Below, piece after piece: positions 1 through 12,185 of a stretch of 64,000 nt of DNA. The translations under genes and the position numbers were made by a program. The DNA lies in NCBI GenBank assembly GCA_051362555.1, contig CM120645.1, positions 2,480,001 to 2,544,000 of the forward strand, written 5' to 3'. The notes below the pieces were generated by a model. It was not told where the DNA came from, did not search any database, and was given only the letters and a program-made list of their open reading frames with translations. The stretch's first letter is position 1. Each line of letters opens with the position of its first letter. This stretch comes from Lingula anatina. Its lineage: Eukaryota > Animalia > Brachiopoda.

Positions 1-2050
1 ACTTGGGGTTTCTCTTCATCAAACAGGATGTATTCTATGCAGAATATAACTGCCAAAGGCTCTAATAGATATGTTTCCGAGTTCCTTTCTGTCACTGATA
101 ATATTCAGTTATGAAACATTTTCTTTCCTGTGTGGCTCCTGAGAATATGTCTCCAATTTAAATATAATATCATGATCTTCTTTCAATAATGATGACTTGA
201 AACACAAAGCCTATCTTATTTTTAGAATATATTTACTTTCCTACTAGTATATTATTCAGGCTATGTCCGCACTAATTGTTTCGTGACTTTGAAGCACAAG
301 TATAATTGACGAGCTGGATTCTTGTACATCAATGCTATTTTTAAATTAAGAGCACTGCCTTTCAATTTGTCACTGTTCAGACTCTCATAACTAAGGTGGG
401 ATACCTGCTTAAATTAAGAGACAAATCAACCCTGCTTTTTTAAATGCGGATGAGTTTCCAGATCCTGTAGCTGACAGAAGAGAGTTGTTTCTATTTTCAA
501 AAGAAGATCTGATGTGAAATACTTAAGTGGGGTGGGGGTGGGGGAGGATGGGGGGGGGGAGGAGCATTTGAAGATTTTCTGAGTCAGAAACACATGGACA
601 AATTATTAGCCTGAGATACAGGTCCACTTGGCTACCTCCTTTTTTGTCTATTCTCAAACAGAAAAGAAAGAATAATGCTCAACAAGAGTAGGAAAATATC
701 CACTGATTGAAGCAACTTCCGGCTTAATTCACCTGTCAAATGTGGACCGTATCTACAAACACATGCCCTGTCTTGCTTCTGTTCTTCAATATCAATTATC
801 ACCCGGGATCATGAACTATACCTGATCATGAGCTGCTGTAAAATGCAGACAGAACCCAATTGATTTCTTCCACTTCTACCTGCTGTGAATCATATTGCAT
901 TGTTCTGTGTAAGTACACTGGTGCCAAGTTGACTTGTGCTACTGGAATCGCTCACTAGATCTCTGCGAGCCAGAAATGTCTCGTTTCCGAGAGATGATAT
1001 TTCAAATGCACTTCATCTTCCTGAAAAAATTCAAGACAAGTGGGTTAAATTTTATGATATACTGTGATTGCCACATCTGTTAGTCTTATTTTTCGAAAAT
1101 GAGACTTGGACTTCTGAGGCAAGCCCACAAAATGTAAAATTTCCACTGTGGAAAAATGTTCTGCTGTACAAAACGGACACCAAGCTTATAGTAGTAAACC
1201 CTTTCACTTCAATCTGAACTGTGCCTTTATTAGTTTTCCTTCATTAACTGGGATACTGGTAAGCAAATCTAAATCAAAATTACTTTCTTAATAATTGCAT
1301 TGATGTCACTTTTTCTTGATTGTTATGAAGTCATGATTTCTCTTTCACCAAGACCAGTGCTTGAACTGGAAATCAATACTGTGCAATTATTCTCCCTGTC
1401 ACACATATATCCATTACGTTGTCATGAATACCTGGGAATTACCTATACGTAATGGTTTCAGTCTCGATATAAAATTGCATCAAGTGAGAATGCTTCATAG
1501 CATATGGTGAGTAAATGCTACAATTATTATGTTCGGTCACTATTCAGAATCTGATTAGCATACAGAAATATCTATAGTCATGTGACTTAACTTGTACTTA
1601 TGTAAAAAAAAAATCTCACGAATAATGACAGTGTGGTAATGAAAAAATAAGTTGACAAAATTCATCACTGGATATTTTTTCTGGTTATTTTCTTCTGTTA
1701 ATGTGCTCATATAATAATAACCAGTTTAAAAGAAAGAGGCGTGTCATTCAGTCAAGCTGATTGCAGACAGCTAAAGATCATGCAAAAACTCGCATATAAT
1801 CATGTGTCAGTAACAAGTACCAATATCTCAGTGTCTCTACAATCTTAATAACAGTCTAAACAAACCCTTTATTAAACTCCGGTATGAAACAAACACTGCA
1901 GACTTAATGATAATTTGTATGGACAAGTAGGACAGTGGACAGCAGTGGTACAAGCCTTATGTGCAATCCCCCAAGGAGCAAACTGGATTATAATTTTGAT
2001 TAAATAATTTAAATTTGTGAAAACTGTAGTGCCAGACGCAAGGTAGAACC

Positions 2051-2122
2051 GGCCGGATAACTCAGGAGGTAGAGCACTTGCCCTGTTAGCGAGAGGTCCC
2101 GGGTTCGATCCCTGGTCTGGCA
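2051..2122 (+). tRNA. tRNA-like sequence (Thr-TGT-like pseudogene or tRNA-derived SINE head)
   Basis: Folds as a cloverleaf: acceptor GCCGGA/TCTGGC, D-arm CTC..GAG with A-box-like TAACTCAGGAGGTAGAGC, anticodon stem CTTGC/GCGAG with loop CCTGTTA, T-arm CCGGG-TTCGATC-CCTGG (B-box GGTTCGATCCC). Non-canonical C33, pyrimidine at 37 and a 1:72 mismatch argue against a functional tRNA. Confidence 0.6.
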
Positions 2123-2747
2123 GGTGACTTTTACACTCTCCCAAAAATGCACTACAAAACAAAAATGTGTCCTTTGTGATGTATTTAAAAAAGCCGAGTT
2201 GCTTACAGTACCCAACAGAGGTCCCTGGAAAGTCTTAGATCTCTATTCTCTGCATGGTTCTAGTAGCAGCCATGCTGAGAGTGACACAGTATCTCCGTAT
2301 AAAGGTGTTTCCATGGTGACCCTTGACACTCAGGGTGACAGTGTGACTGACACTGCCAGTGTTTCTCATATTGTTTAACATGGGATGGCCAATTCCCAAC
2401 ACTTTACCCCCCCCCCCTCCCCCAGGGATGTAAATCCATTAACATTAAAAGCTTTAAATTATGAACTGAGTTTATTACACATGAATTAAATCCTTGTGTT
2501 AAACCTCTTACAAGTTACATAAATTGATACAAGCTCTGTGATTGTGAAAAAATCAGCTGGCACTCACAACAGCAGTGGAAATATTACATCTTCATTTGTC
2601 TAACTCTGTCAGTTTGCTCGTTTAACCCTTCACTAGAAAATCAAAATCCATTTTCATACGATGAGATAATCACAGGCAACACCCATTTATATTACATACT
2701 TACCGGTAAAAAATTGGAGGACACTTGTTTTCATTCCACCGGCGGAT

Positions 2748-2782
2748 TGACGGAAGTATGAAATGCGCATGCGCCACACGTG
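2748..2782. promoter_or_regulatory. CpG-containing core promoter of HEMK1 with ETS (CGGAAGT), NRF1 (TGCGCATGCGC) and E-box (CACGTG) motifs
   Basis: CGGAAGT at 2751-2757, TGCGCATGCGC at 2764-2774 and CACGTG at 2777-2782, clustered ~480 bp upstream of the HEMK1 ATG in otherwise CpG-poor DNA. NRF1/GABP pairs are typical of nuclear genes for mitochondrial proteins. Confidence 0.6.
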
Positions 2783-3007
2783 AAATTGGACTTACTACTC
2801 TGTACTTACTTTTGTTTTGTGTTATGAGGATGCAAGTTAAAGGTAATGATTAATTTGTAGAAGGTAAACTATGCATATGAGATATACGTTACATGAGGTA
2901 TATTAAACGTAATGCACACTTCATTTTTATTCTTTATATCACCCTGTACCTCTTTTCTCACTGTAAAATAACTCTAGCTGAAGGGCTATGGCTCGATCAT
3001 CAGTGAT

Positions 3008-3029
3008 GAGAGAGAGAGAGAGAGAGAGA
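3008..3029. repeat. (GA)n microsatellite
   Basis: About 11 GA units seen directly. Confidence 0.9.
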
Positions 3030-3248
3030 TATGTAATTTGATCATGTCCGGATGTAGGGCGATTGTCAATAAACTTCTGATTCTGATTCTCTAAGTATCT
3101 CTGTTATACCAGAGCTGTATTATATCCTTTTGATTTGATTTATTGGTCTTTTTGGTTTATTTTCACCATAAACTTATTTCAGGCCATGGAGATGGTAGGA
3201 GGAATTTATAAAAGAAAGTGAGCCCTAGAAACAATAAAAGTGAAAGAA

Positions 3249-3755
3249 ATGAATTTTGCCACAAGATGTGTACACCTGCATTCAGCCTGTGGTTTGTATG
3301 CTGCAAGCACAATTTGGGCAGCGAGTTATGTGTCACCATATAAAAAACAATACCCATTATTTTACTCATTTAAGAAAAAGGAAACGACATGTTCTTTGAC
3401 TATAAAAAGAAATAATTGCACACTTGAAAAATCCATTGACAACATTCATTACATACCAGGAATGAAAGTAAATACACTGTTTTCGTTTTGGAACTCTAAA
3501 TTCACTAATTGTGGAATAAGTGAACCAGAAGCTTCAACAAATTATATCATAGCCCATGCATTAGGTAAGAAAACTTTATGGAATTTGGACAAGGAATCAA
3601 CATTGGTCAACAAGGAGCAGTTTGAAAACATTGACAGAATGTGCCGACAACGCCTTGAGAAGGTACCAGTGCAGTACCTGATAGGAGAATGGGATTTCTG
3701 TGAACTTGTACTGAAGATGGAACCACCAGTTCTGATCCCAAGACCAGAAACAGAG
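3249..3755 (+). CDS. HEMK1: HEMK1 coding exon 1
   Basis: ATG at 3249, ends ...PRPETE|gtttgc. Confidence 0.85.
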
Positions 3756-5837
3756 GTTTGCAAGTTGGGGTTGACTTGAATTTGAGGGTCATGTGGAAAT
3801 GTAAATATTCATACATATTCTCAATAAAACATGTTTCGTTACTTTCACAATATGGTCTGCTATTTGGTTATAAGTACAAAAATCAACGAATAAAAAATTG
3901 TGTAGAAAAAGAAATTGTGGCAAGTTTAAAGTGCCCTGTACTTCTCATGAGGAAGGTATAATATAAAAGGTAACCAGGTCTGGTTTCTAGTGTATTATAA
4001 AATTCACACAGATTTTATGTGGAATTTAAACTTTTGATTAATTAATTTTTTTCATTTAAAATTTTTTATTTTAATTTCAGCACATGGTGAACTTTGTTTG
4101 CAAGGATCTAGCAAGCAGTGGGAACAGATCGCCTTCCATATTGGAGATTGGTTGCGGTAGTGGTGCTATATCACTGGCCATTTTACATAAAATTAAGGAG
4201 GTGAAATAAAAGTAATATGTAGAAAAAGACACAAGGCTGTCCCTAGCATAGAATATCATAGCATATACATTTCAATGCTGAAAATACAGTTTGTAGAAAA
4301 AAGATTATTTTGATTTGTGAAAAATCAATATTGCATTACTCAGGATTTTGAGTTTTCTCAATCACATTAATATGTGTGTTTAGTCACCAGATTGCAGCAC
4401 TTGTACTGTAATCAAGACAAGACTACCTTGGTCACATTGTGACCAGAGAACTTTTTAAAATATTTAGTGTCAAATAGAATAAATATTTGTGCATTTTTCT
4501 TTCAGGCCAAAGCAGTTGCTATAGACCAGAGTATTGCTGCGTGTGAACTGACCGAGCTAAATGCCAGAATTAATCACTTGGAGGACAGACTACAGGTGCA
4601 TCACCTGGAATTAACTGATGAACTCTTGGAATCCCAGCATAAACTTTTTTGTGAAAAGTATGATGTTCTTGTAAGCAATCCACCTTACGTTCCTAGGAAA
4701 GATATAGAGAATTTACAGGAGGAAGTTGTGAGGTATTTGGAGTTGGAAATTTTAATTTTTATGGAAAGTTTTGCAGTTTTTTCTGATATGTATTTATGTA
4801 TGCTTTTGTTATTGTAACATTTTTTCTTATTTAACTAACATTCCAGATTTAATAGTTTGTGATTATTATTATATTTCTTGATATGGTTATTATTATCATT
4901 ACTATTAGTTATTTACCAATTTATACTTGTGATTATTTTCGGTGCAGTGCGTTTTAATTTTTCTTAGAAACTGACATTTTATTAAACAAGATTGTAGTAA
5001 ACATTGAATATTTAGGAACCAAGCAGTAAACTTAGAGCTTCTAATCACTGGCACAAAAAAAAAAAAAAAAAGAAAGTTGTGGCTTGGAAATTAATATAAA
5101 TAGTTTTATTTTTCGTTCTCTTTGTATTTGAATTTCAGTTAATTCATTTCTGCTGTCTTGTGTTTCAGATATGAAGACCCCAAAGCGTTAGATGGAGGAG
5201 AAGATGGAATGGATGTTATCAGAATTGTCCTTAATTCTGCATCTTCTGTCCTAAAGGAGAAAGGGTTTGTAGTCACATGGTTTACAGAACAAATAACATT
5301 CTTGGTTCTATATTAGGCCCTCACATCATGCTTTATACTTATCTTTATAACCATGTTTTGGGAGATAGACAAATTAACAGGATTGAATTTGATTGGGAGC
5401 AAACTTGTAAAAGAGACTAAAATCTCCTGTGGTGTAATTACATTAAAACACTGGGATGCAGTTAGGTATGTGGTCATTAAATTATAGACTGTAAATTGCT
5501 TAAACTAAAAAGTTGTGAGTGGTCATCATTAAATCATTCAATATTGTTGAAAACCACTTGGATCATATTTATGTAGCCTTTTACATTTCCTTGCTTATAT
5601 ATAGTACTATGGAATATACCACATAAACTGAACATTAACTTTGTTATTTGCCCTCAACTACATGAATTAATATTAATTTTCAGGTCTGTTTGGTTAGAGG
5701 TAGATACCAGTCATCCAGACATCATCCAAAAGCTTGTAACTGAGGAGAGAACTGATTTGAAACTGACGTATGTTGAAACACTTCTGGATTTTAACAAGAA
5801 GTCTCGATTTTGTCATCTTATATATGACCCAAGTTGA
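3249..5837 (+). CDS. HEMK1: HemK methyltransferase family member 1 (mitochondrial release factor N5-glutamine methyltransferase), spliced CDS 3249-3755, 4081-4200, 4506-4732, 5169-5264, 5684-5837 (~367 aa)
   Basis: Motifs VPVQYLIGEWDF, VLIPRPETE, LEIGCGSGAI (SAM binding), VSNPPY and YEDPKALDGGEDG. All introns are GT..AG with consistent phases (0,0,2,2). TGA at 5835-5837. A long basic N-terminus fits a mitochondrial targeting peptide. Confidence 0.93.
4081..4200 (+). CDS. HEMK1: HEMK1 coding exon 2
   Basis: ttcag|HMVNFVCKDLASSGNRSPSILEIGCGSGAISLAILHKIKE|gtgaaa. Confidence 0.9.
4506..4732 (+). CDS. HEMK1: HEMK1 coding exon 3
   Basis: ttcag|AKAVAID...VSNPPY...EEVV(R)|gtattt. Confidence 0.9.
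5169..5264 (+). CDS. HEMK1: HEMK1 coding exon 4
   Basis: ttcag|YEDPKALDGGEDGMDVIRIVLNSASSVLKEK(G)|gtttgt. Confidence 0.9.
5684..5837 (+). CDS. HEMK1: HEMK1 final coding exon
   Basis: ttttcag|SVWLEVDTSHP...DFNKKSRFCHLIYDPS*. Confidence 0.85.
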
Positions 5838-6810
5838 TGTAATTATTGAGAATCTTTTTTTTTTTATGATTTTAATATATTTCATTTAATTATTGACTGT
5901 AACAGTTTTGACTGTTTTATATCAGGAAAGACCATTTCCACTGATTTACTGTAGGGCAGTTTATGCCAGAATCAACTGATCTATACTTGCTGGCTGGGAA
6001 AACTTGAAAGATGCAAATTCCTATCATGAAATTTAGTGAGCGATTCTTCTATTTTGGTTGGAGGAATAATAAACAAACCATGATGATTCGATTAAATTTT
6101 TTACTGTTTAATAACAGTGCTGAAATAAACTCAGCATTTGATCTGTGTTTAAAAATGTGAATAAAATAATATTACGTAAATGATTTATTGGTACCCTAGT
6201 CTTCCAGACACACTCTAATCAATGTGACTGGTGAATAACCAAATAATAATATAAAAAAAGTTAATAATGATGGACAGTGTTTTCATTTATAAGTCATTAT
6301 AACATAAAAATATTTATTATTGCAGTTTTGTGCATAAAATAATATGCTCCTTTTTATCAGTTAAGGGTAAAAAAACATGAAATACTGGATTGTGAACAAC
6401 AAACATAAATGTGTTTGAATTTTCTATGCCAATTGTCAAAATTTGGTTACTTTTCCCCTCAAAATCTACTTTAAATTCCTTTGAAAATAGTAGAGTAAAA
6501 AGCCATGTCGATATGCCATGATGTTGAGTAAGTCAAACAGTCCCACAGCTGTCTAGAAATGTTCCTGTTTGGAATTTTTTATGCCATAATGAATTTTTCT
6601 CAAACTTGAATCACTGCAATAACTTTTGTCTTTCTAATTTAATTATTAATTGTTCAGATTTGTCCATGCTTCTCCTTCCTGAAAGATGTTGTATGTTAAT
6701 GTCTTACAATCACTGATTTCCAAATGTCATTCAGGCTATGGGAAAAGTGGTGTTCATTTCTCTTAAAGTTTTCTGTTTTCTCAATGAAGTTGTACATGTC
6801 CTTATATGCC

Positions 6811-7055
6811 TTACTGAATCAGCTCAAGAATATGAGTTTTTCCTTGCTTCTCTAGCCACTCACACAGTATTTGATGTGCCCTGTCAGGTGTCTTAGTCAG
6901 GAAGTCCAAGAAAACAGCAGTTTTTTCAGGAGATTCCTTAATATCCTCAGATTCACGGTATGAAAAGATGCGTTCTTGGATAAAGACATTGATTATGTCA
7001 AAGAGACAAGGTTCTGTGATGTATTGCTTCAATGTATCTTTGTTATTGTGGACAG
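6811..7055 (-). CDS. Terminal exon of ROCO copy 1, CARD-like death-fold domain
   Basis: AVHNNKDTLKQYITEPCLFDIINVFIQERIFSYRESEDIKESPEKTAVFLDFLTKTPDRAHQILCEWLEKQGKTHILELIQ*: ~80 aa with a six-helix hydrophobic pattern like the CARD consensus. Homologous exons follow all three copies. Confidence 0.75.
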
Positions 7056-10000
7056 CTGAAACAGTAAATGAAATGTAATAACTGCACAAAACTGATACTA
7101 GGTGATACAAATTGTTTTAACTTTATGGACATAAGTTTTCCTCACTTAGGCCACACTTTTTTAATTTTATGGATGACATCCTGCGCGCGCACCGATTTTC
7201 GCCCGTTCTCCGAAAAAAAAAAAAAAAATCCCCCCCCCCCCCAGCCCCCAACGAAGTCGGTTGGCGCAAACGTCATTAGTGAATTTGCCAGGAAATGAGC
7301 TTTCTGCGCATGCGTATTATCGCCACGTGGAAATGTGGCCGCTTTGCCGTCAAATTCATCTCTAGGATAACTTTCAAATTACACGACAATTAAAGTCATA
7401 AAGAGAACGGGTGCCGTCGTTTTGGATTGGTATGCCATTGATATTGGGCATGGAGATATCACCTTTTTACAATTGTGCGAAAGGCTGGCGGCCGCCAGCG
7501 ATTATCGCCCGAAAAATTTCAGTGACATTCTGTACAAAGCAGCACATAGGCTACCAGGTTTTCTGTAGCGAAAAAAGGGTCGACAAGGGCGTCGAGGTAT
7601 TTGGTGGGCTGAAGGTCGGACAGGCCACCTGACAGTTTGGCCGTGTGAGTCGAAGTAGACAAAATGGCATCGTCCGAAATGACCTTTAATAGATTTGGTA
7701 GTATTAAGCATATCTTTGCATCATTATTTTAAACATTTCTGTGAAGTGTTCAAAATGCTTTAATATTCTGAGAATACGAATAAAGACACACTGTTTGTTT
7801 GATATTTGTTTTATTGATTGCTATACCAACAAAATGCATGAAATAACCTTAATAGATTTTGTAATAAAAAGTATATCTATCCATGACTTTTTTTTACATT
7901 TCTACGAAGTATTCACAATGCTTTAATATTTTGAGAGCATGGATAAAGACATATTGTTAGTTTGATACGTGTTTCTGTGGTAAAATTTGTGTTTCCAGCT
8001 GTGTACTGACAGCATTCCTTTACTTAAGCAGTATTTTTTTTTTTTTTGACCGTTTTTTTTTTTTTTCGCCCTCTCGCACCGATTTTGGGGTACCCAGAGG
8101 ATGTCATCCATAAAAATAAAAAAGTGTGGCCTTATCCACCTGAAAATTATGCAGCAGTGGGTGCCTGATTCACAAACTTACTGTATTTCAAAAATGCATA
8201 TAAAAAACTAAGGTACCAGGACAACGTGTTATTATGCTATTGTAGGTCCTGCAGTCTGTAATCCTTGTTTGACCTTTTTGACAAATTTGTCACCAAAACC
8301 TTGAACAACCGATAAATAGACAATTTGGGTGGGTGGATGGGCTCTGTGTTTGACTGACATCTCTTAATATTTGTTTTATATTTTTATTAGATATGAATGG
8401 ACAAATTAAAGGAAATATAAAGCAATGGCTCATCTATTTATTTATAAAACTTTATTTGCTATGGGTAGAAACTTATGGTAAATCTAAAATATATAGGCCT
8501 TCATGGGGTTTACCAGTACTGAAAGACTTACCTTCCCGCCAACTCATGACCAGGTGTGGTGGGTAGACCAGGTCTGCAAGAATGGAAACACCTGTATTGA
8601 CACATGGCACATGTCTTGGTTTGGAAACACGACCAGGCAGGTGGGTTAGATCTAGGATCTCTCCTGGAAAAAGTGTTGGTGCTGTCTCCCCCAATCTTCT
8701 TACCGTGGATGGCACTACATCTGGGTCTTGGACAGTTGGTAAAGGTTCATTCTGAGCCTCTGATGGAAAGAGTACTGGATTCTGACTGACACAGTGTGGA
8801 CACACCAAAAATTTGTCATAGGATGCCCCAGGCCAGTCCTCTTTGATGATGGCCATGAGGTCACCATGGGCACGACAGAGAACTGACCACATCTCTGAAA
8901 GTTTTGGTCTTGATCCACGTACAGCTATTGTGATGATACTGTCTGTAGCACTGATATCAGCATCAAGTTGTTGATGCCTTTCCTGTCTAGAAATCTGCAT
9001 TTGGCTTCCTTGAAGGTCTGCAAATACCCCATCCTTCCAATCAATACGTTTGGTCTTCAAATGTCCAAGGTACTTGTGCTGACGAACAGACAATTTTTCG
9101 TATATGCCCTCTGGACATCTGTATGGAAAATTGATCTGTAGGGTTAGTTGTGTGGTGCCTGTGGGAACTTTGCTGGGCCATTTTTCATCCAACTCCGGCT
9201 GTCTCTCCAGCTTTAGAAGCCATGGAAAGTGGAATGAGATGCTGGATGGAACCAATGGATCCTCCTGGACTTGATAGCAAAGCTCCAGTTTCTGCATTAG
9301 TTCTACCATGACAGCAGCTTCAGTGGTTGATAATATGAAAGGCTCACATAAGCAGTCCATTGCTTCTCTGGAAATGATGCCTCTGCTGAAGATGTCATCA
9401 TGGATTTTCTTTGCTTTAGGTTCTGAAATACTCATGGACTGTTGGAGTTTGGCCCGAACAGCATCACTATTGTGATTCAGCACTGCTTTGAGAACATTTG
9501 CAAGAACTTCTTGCTTGTGAAACACAACTTTCTTCAGAGTAGGGCTTGAATCAAACCAAATGATGTCACCACGATGAGCAAGAAAACTTAAAATGTCACA
9601 TGTTGCCAAATCAAGATCTTCTTTGGAAGAGTTCTTGTCTCTCCAGGATGCTGAGGCAGACTGTAGAATGATGTCTTGTGTCATGTCCCAGTCTAGTGTA
9701 TTTTCAGAGCCTTCATATTTCTTGATGCGAAGATTCTTGGCAGCATCAACCCACATTTCTGGTAAAACAACAACACGCTCTCTTGCAACAGTAGTAAGGT
9801 AGTTTTGTAGTTCTTCAATTCCCTCCTTGGACTTGGAACTCACTGCGAAAATGTCATCATGGATGTCAATGACTTGGTGTTGTGAGGCCATCAGTGCACT
9901 CCTTTTGTCTTCATAGGCTTGAAGGATAGATGTTTGGATTCTATCTGTGTTCAGAATTTTCTTCTCAATGCTCTTTATTTGAGACTCATACCATTTCTGT

Positions 10001-11403
10001 TTTCTCTGCCTGTGGTCTTCAAATTGTTTTTTAATTATAGAACATTTTGCACTGTAGGTTTCATCACGATCGATATGAGTTCCCACTATTGCCATCTTTA
10101 TACCTGGCATTTGTGCTTGTACCTTGTCAATCCAGTTTCCAATGTAGAGCTGATAATGTGCCTTATTTTCTATATCATATTTTGATAGGGCAAATGTGAT
10201 GAGGGCTAAGCCCCGTTTGGAAATGAAAATGGGATGGCCAATTTTGTAGACTCCATGTCCACCAAAGTCATTGATATTGAAGCCAATATCTTGGTCAAAC
10301 TGCCATGTTCTTTGTTCCACCACTCTTGTTCTGTCTGCTTCCTCTGTGAGTGTTGGCCTTCCAGTCTGCAATGTAAGAGAGAGACTAGTTTTTCCAGCTT
10401 CTGTTTCTCCAAGCAAGTTGACCTGTATTCTACTGGACAAAATTGCCTCGGTGTCAGTTAAGGCTTCAAAATACCTTCTGATTGCATCAATTCCTCTGTC
10501 AACAACACGTTCTGGTGGTTGTATCAAAAGATTACTGCCCACTGTAATTTTTGCCAAACTTTTCATATCCTTCATCTCAGGTGGCAGGTGAGTTATGTTG
10601 TTGGAGTCCAGATGCAGTGTTTCAAGTCCATGCATTCTAGAAATATCTGCTGGTATGTCAGATATCTGGTTGTGGTTCAGGCACAGCCACTTTAGGTTAG
10701 TCATGCCGCACAGTGCTTTTGGGAATGTAGCGAAGCGATTCCTACAGATATCAAATATTTTAAGCCTTGTCATACTACTGATCTCCTTTGGTAGGTCAGA
10801 TAATTGGTTGCTAACAAGGACCAGCTTTTCTAGGGAAGTCATGCCACATAGTGCCGCAGGGAATGCAGTAAAGCTATTGCTATGAAGCCAGAACACTCTA
10901 AGCTCTGTCATTCTGCTGATCCCCACTGGTATGTCAGACAGCTTGTTTTCAGGTAACATCAGGTGGACCAGGTTAGCCATCTCAAGCAGTGCTGTTGGGA
11001 ATTTGGTGAAGGAGTTATGACCGAGATTGAATATTTTAAGTGCTGTCATTCCCTGAATCCCTTCTGGTATATCATTAAACTTGTTGTCATACAGGTTAAG
11101 CTCCTGTAGGTTAGCCATGCCACACACTACTCTGGGGAATATAGTGAAGGCATTGGCATTAAGGTCCAATACTGTGAGGTGTGGCAGGTTGGATATGGAC
11201 TGCGGTAAAGAACATAGCTTGTTTTGTTTAACTGATATCCTCCAAACATTGCTGCACCTGTCAATGGACTCGGGTAGGTTGAATATGTTAGCATTGCTAA
11301 AATCAAGCTCTGTCCATGTCTTCACAGTGTCTTGTGTTGCAGACTCCGGAGACGTCAGGAGGATGGACAGACTCTCCTTCCCTGCTACTACCCTCCCTGT
11401 CAT
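6811..11403 (-). CDS. MFHAS1-like ROCO protein copy 1: LRR(12)-ROC-COR-CARD-like, exons 11403-8532 and 7055-6811 (~1038 aa)
   Basis: 23-aa LRRs, P-loop GETEAGKTS, G3 DFGG, G4 THID, COR region, then CPHC..FPGE..LVYPP as in the MFHAS1 C-terminus. Donor GAAG|gtaagt at 8532 and acceptor ttcag|CT at 7055 join in frame. The ORF-track start at 11427 is TTG; the first ATG is 11403, matching the paralog starts. Confidence 0.88.
7149..8131. mobile_element. Non-autonomous PIF/Harbinger-type DNA transposon in the last intron of ROCO copy 1
   Basis: ~32-bp TIRs GGCCACACTTTTTTAATTTTATGGATGACATCC / GGATGTCATCCATAAAAATAAAAAAGTGTGGCC, flanked by TTA on both sides. No transposase ORF. Confidence 0.85.
8532..11403 (-). 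CDS. Main LRR-ROC-COR exon of ROCO copy 1
   Basis: Single 2872-nt open exon with intact GTPase motifs. Confidence 0.9.
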
Positions 11404-12010
11404 GTCTCCGGAGCATTGATGGCACAAATTTTAACAAATTGAAATTTTCTTTTTGGTCTATGTTCCCTTTATATTGCAAAGTAGAGGGATTTCCTTGATG
11501 TAAATAAAATTTTCATTTTTTTTCCAAAGCAAGCAATGGTAGTGGACAAAATGATCTTCTTTTCTAATCTCTTGCTCTCTCTCTTCTATAATGATGTTTC
11601 ACTACTGGGGTATGTCCACCTTTAACCTGCAATGAAAAAATAATGGTGATATTTTAATAACATAATTCTAATTTTATAAAAGCTACATTGTTCAGTATAA
11701 TTAAGATGATTTGGAGTCATTTGATCACTACTACTATTACTGATTGCTACTTATTGACAATTTTCTTCAATATTTACACTTGAATGGCTAAAAAATAAAA
11801 TAAGAATAATGACTCCCATTGGCCCAGTAGAAATCTAACCCCGTAATGTTCTTTTCTGTAAATTTTCTTTTATAGAAATGTGTTGTATAAGGCTAGAGAA
11901 GCAAAATTAACCTGGTTACTTCTTGAAGTACATCAAACATAGCTTGGTTGCTATTGCCAAGACATCAAACATTTTTCAACATGGTCACAAATTTTTGAAT
12001 GGAAGATTAA

Positions 12011-12185
12011 GGCTCCATTCAGAATAGTGGACTAGCTAGTCCGAGGGTCAAATATGGCCGACCCACTTGAATACTTCCCCATGGGATATCTTGTCAGTGT
12101 CTATTAGCGCATTAGACTGCAAGTTTTGTATTGGATTGCCATATTTGACCCTCGGACTAGTTAGTCCCCTATTCTGAATGGGGCC
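12011..12185. mobile_element. MITE (Harbinger/Tourist-like), ~175 bp
   Basis: ~48-bp imperfect TIRs GGCTCCATTCAGAATAGTGGACTAGCTAGTCCGAGGGTCAAATATGGC / GCCATATTTGACCCTCGGACTAGTTAGTCCCCTATTCTGAATGGGGCC, flanked by TAA/TTA. Confidence 0.75.

Noticed and set aside
2051-2122. Functional tRNA-Asn(GTT) gene
   Set aside because: With the 5-bp anticodon stem the central triplet is TGT, not GTT, and conserved U33, purine 37 and the 1:72 pair are violated.
6811-7110. CARD-like ORFs (also 23631-24050 and 31952-32284) as stand-alone genes
   Set aside because: Their N-terminal extensions are non-homologous intron sequence. Homology starts exactly at a conserved tttcag acceptor in frame with the upstream exon.
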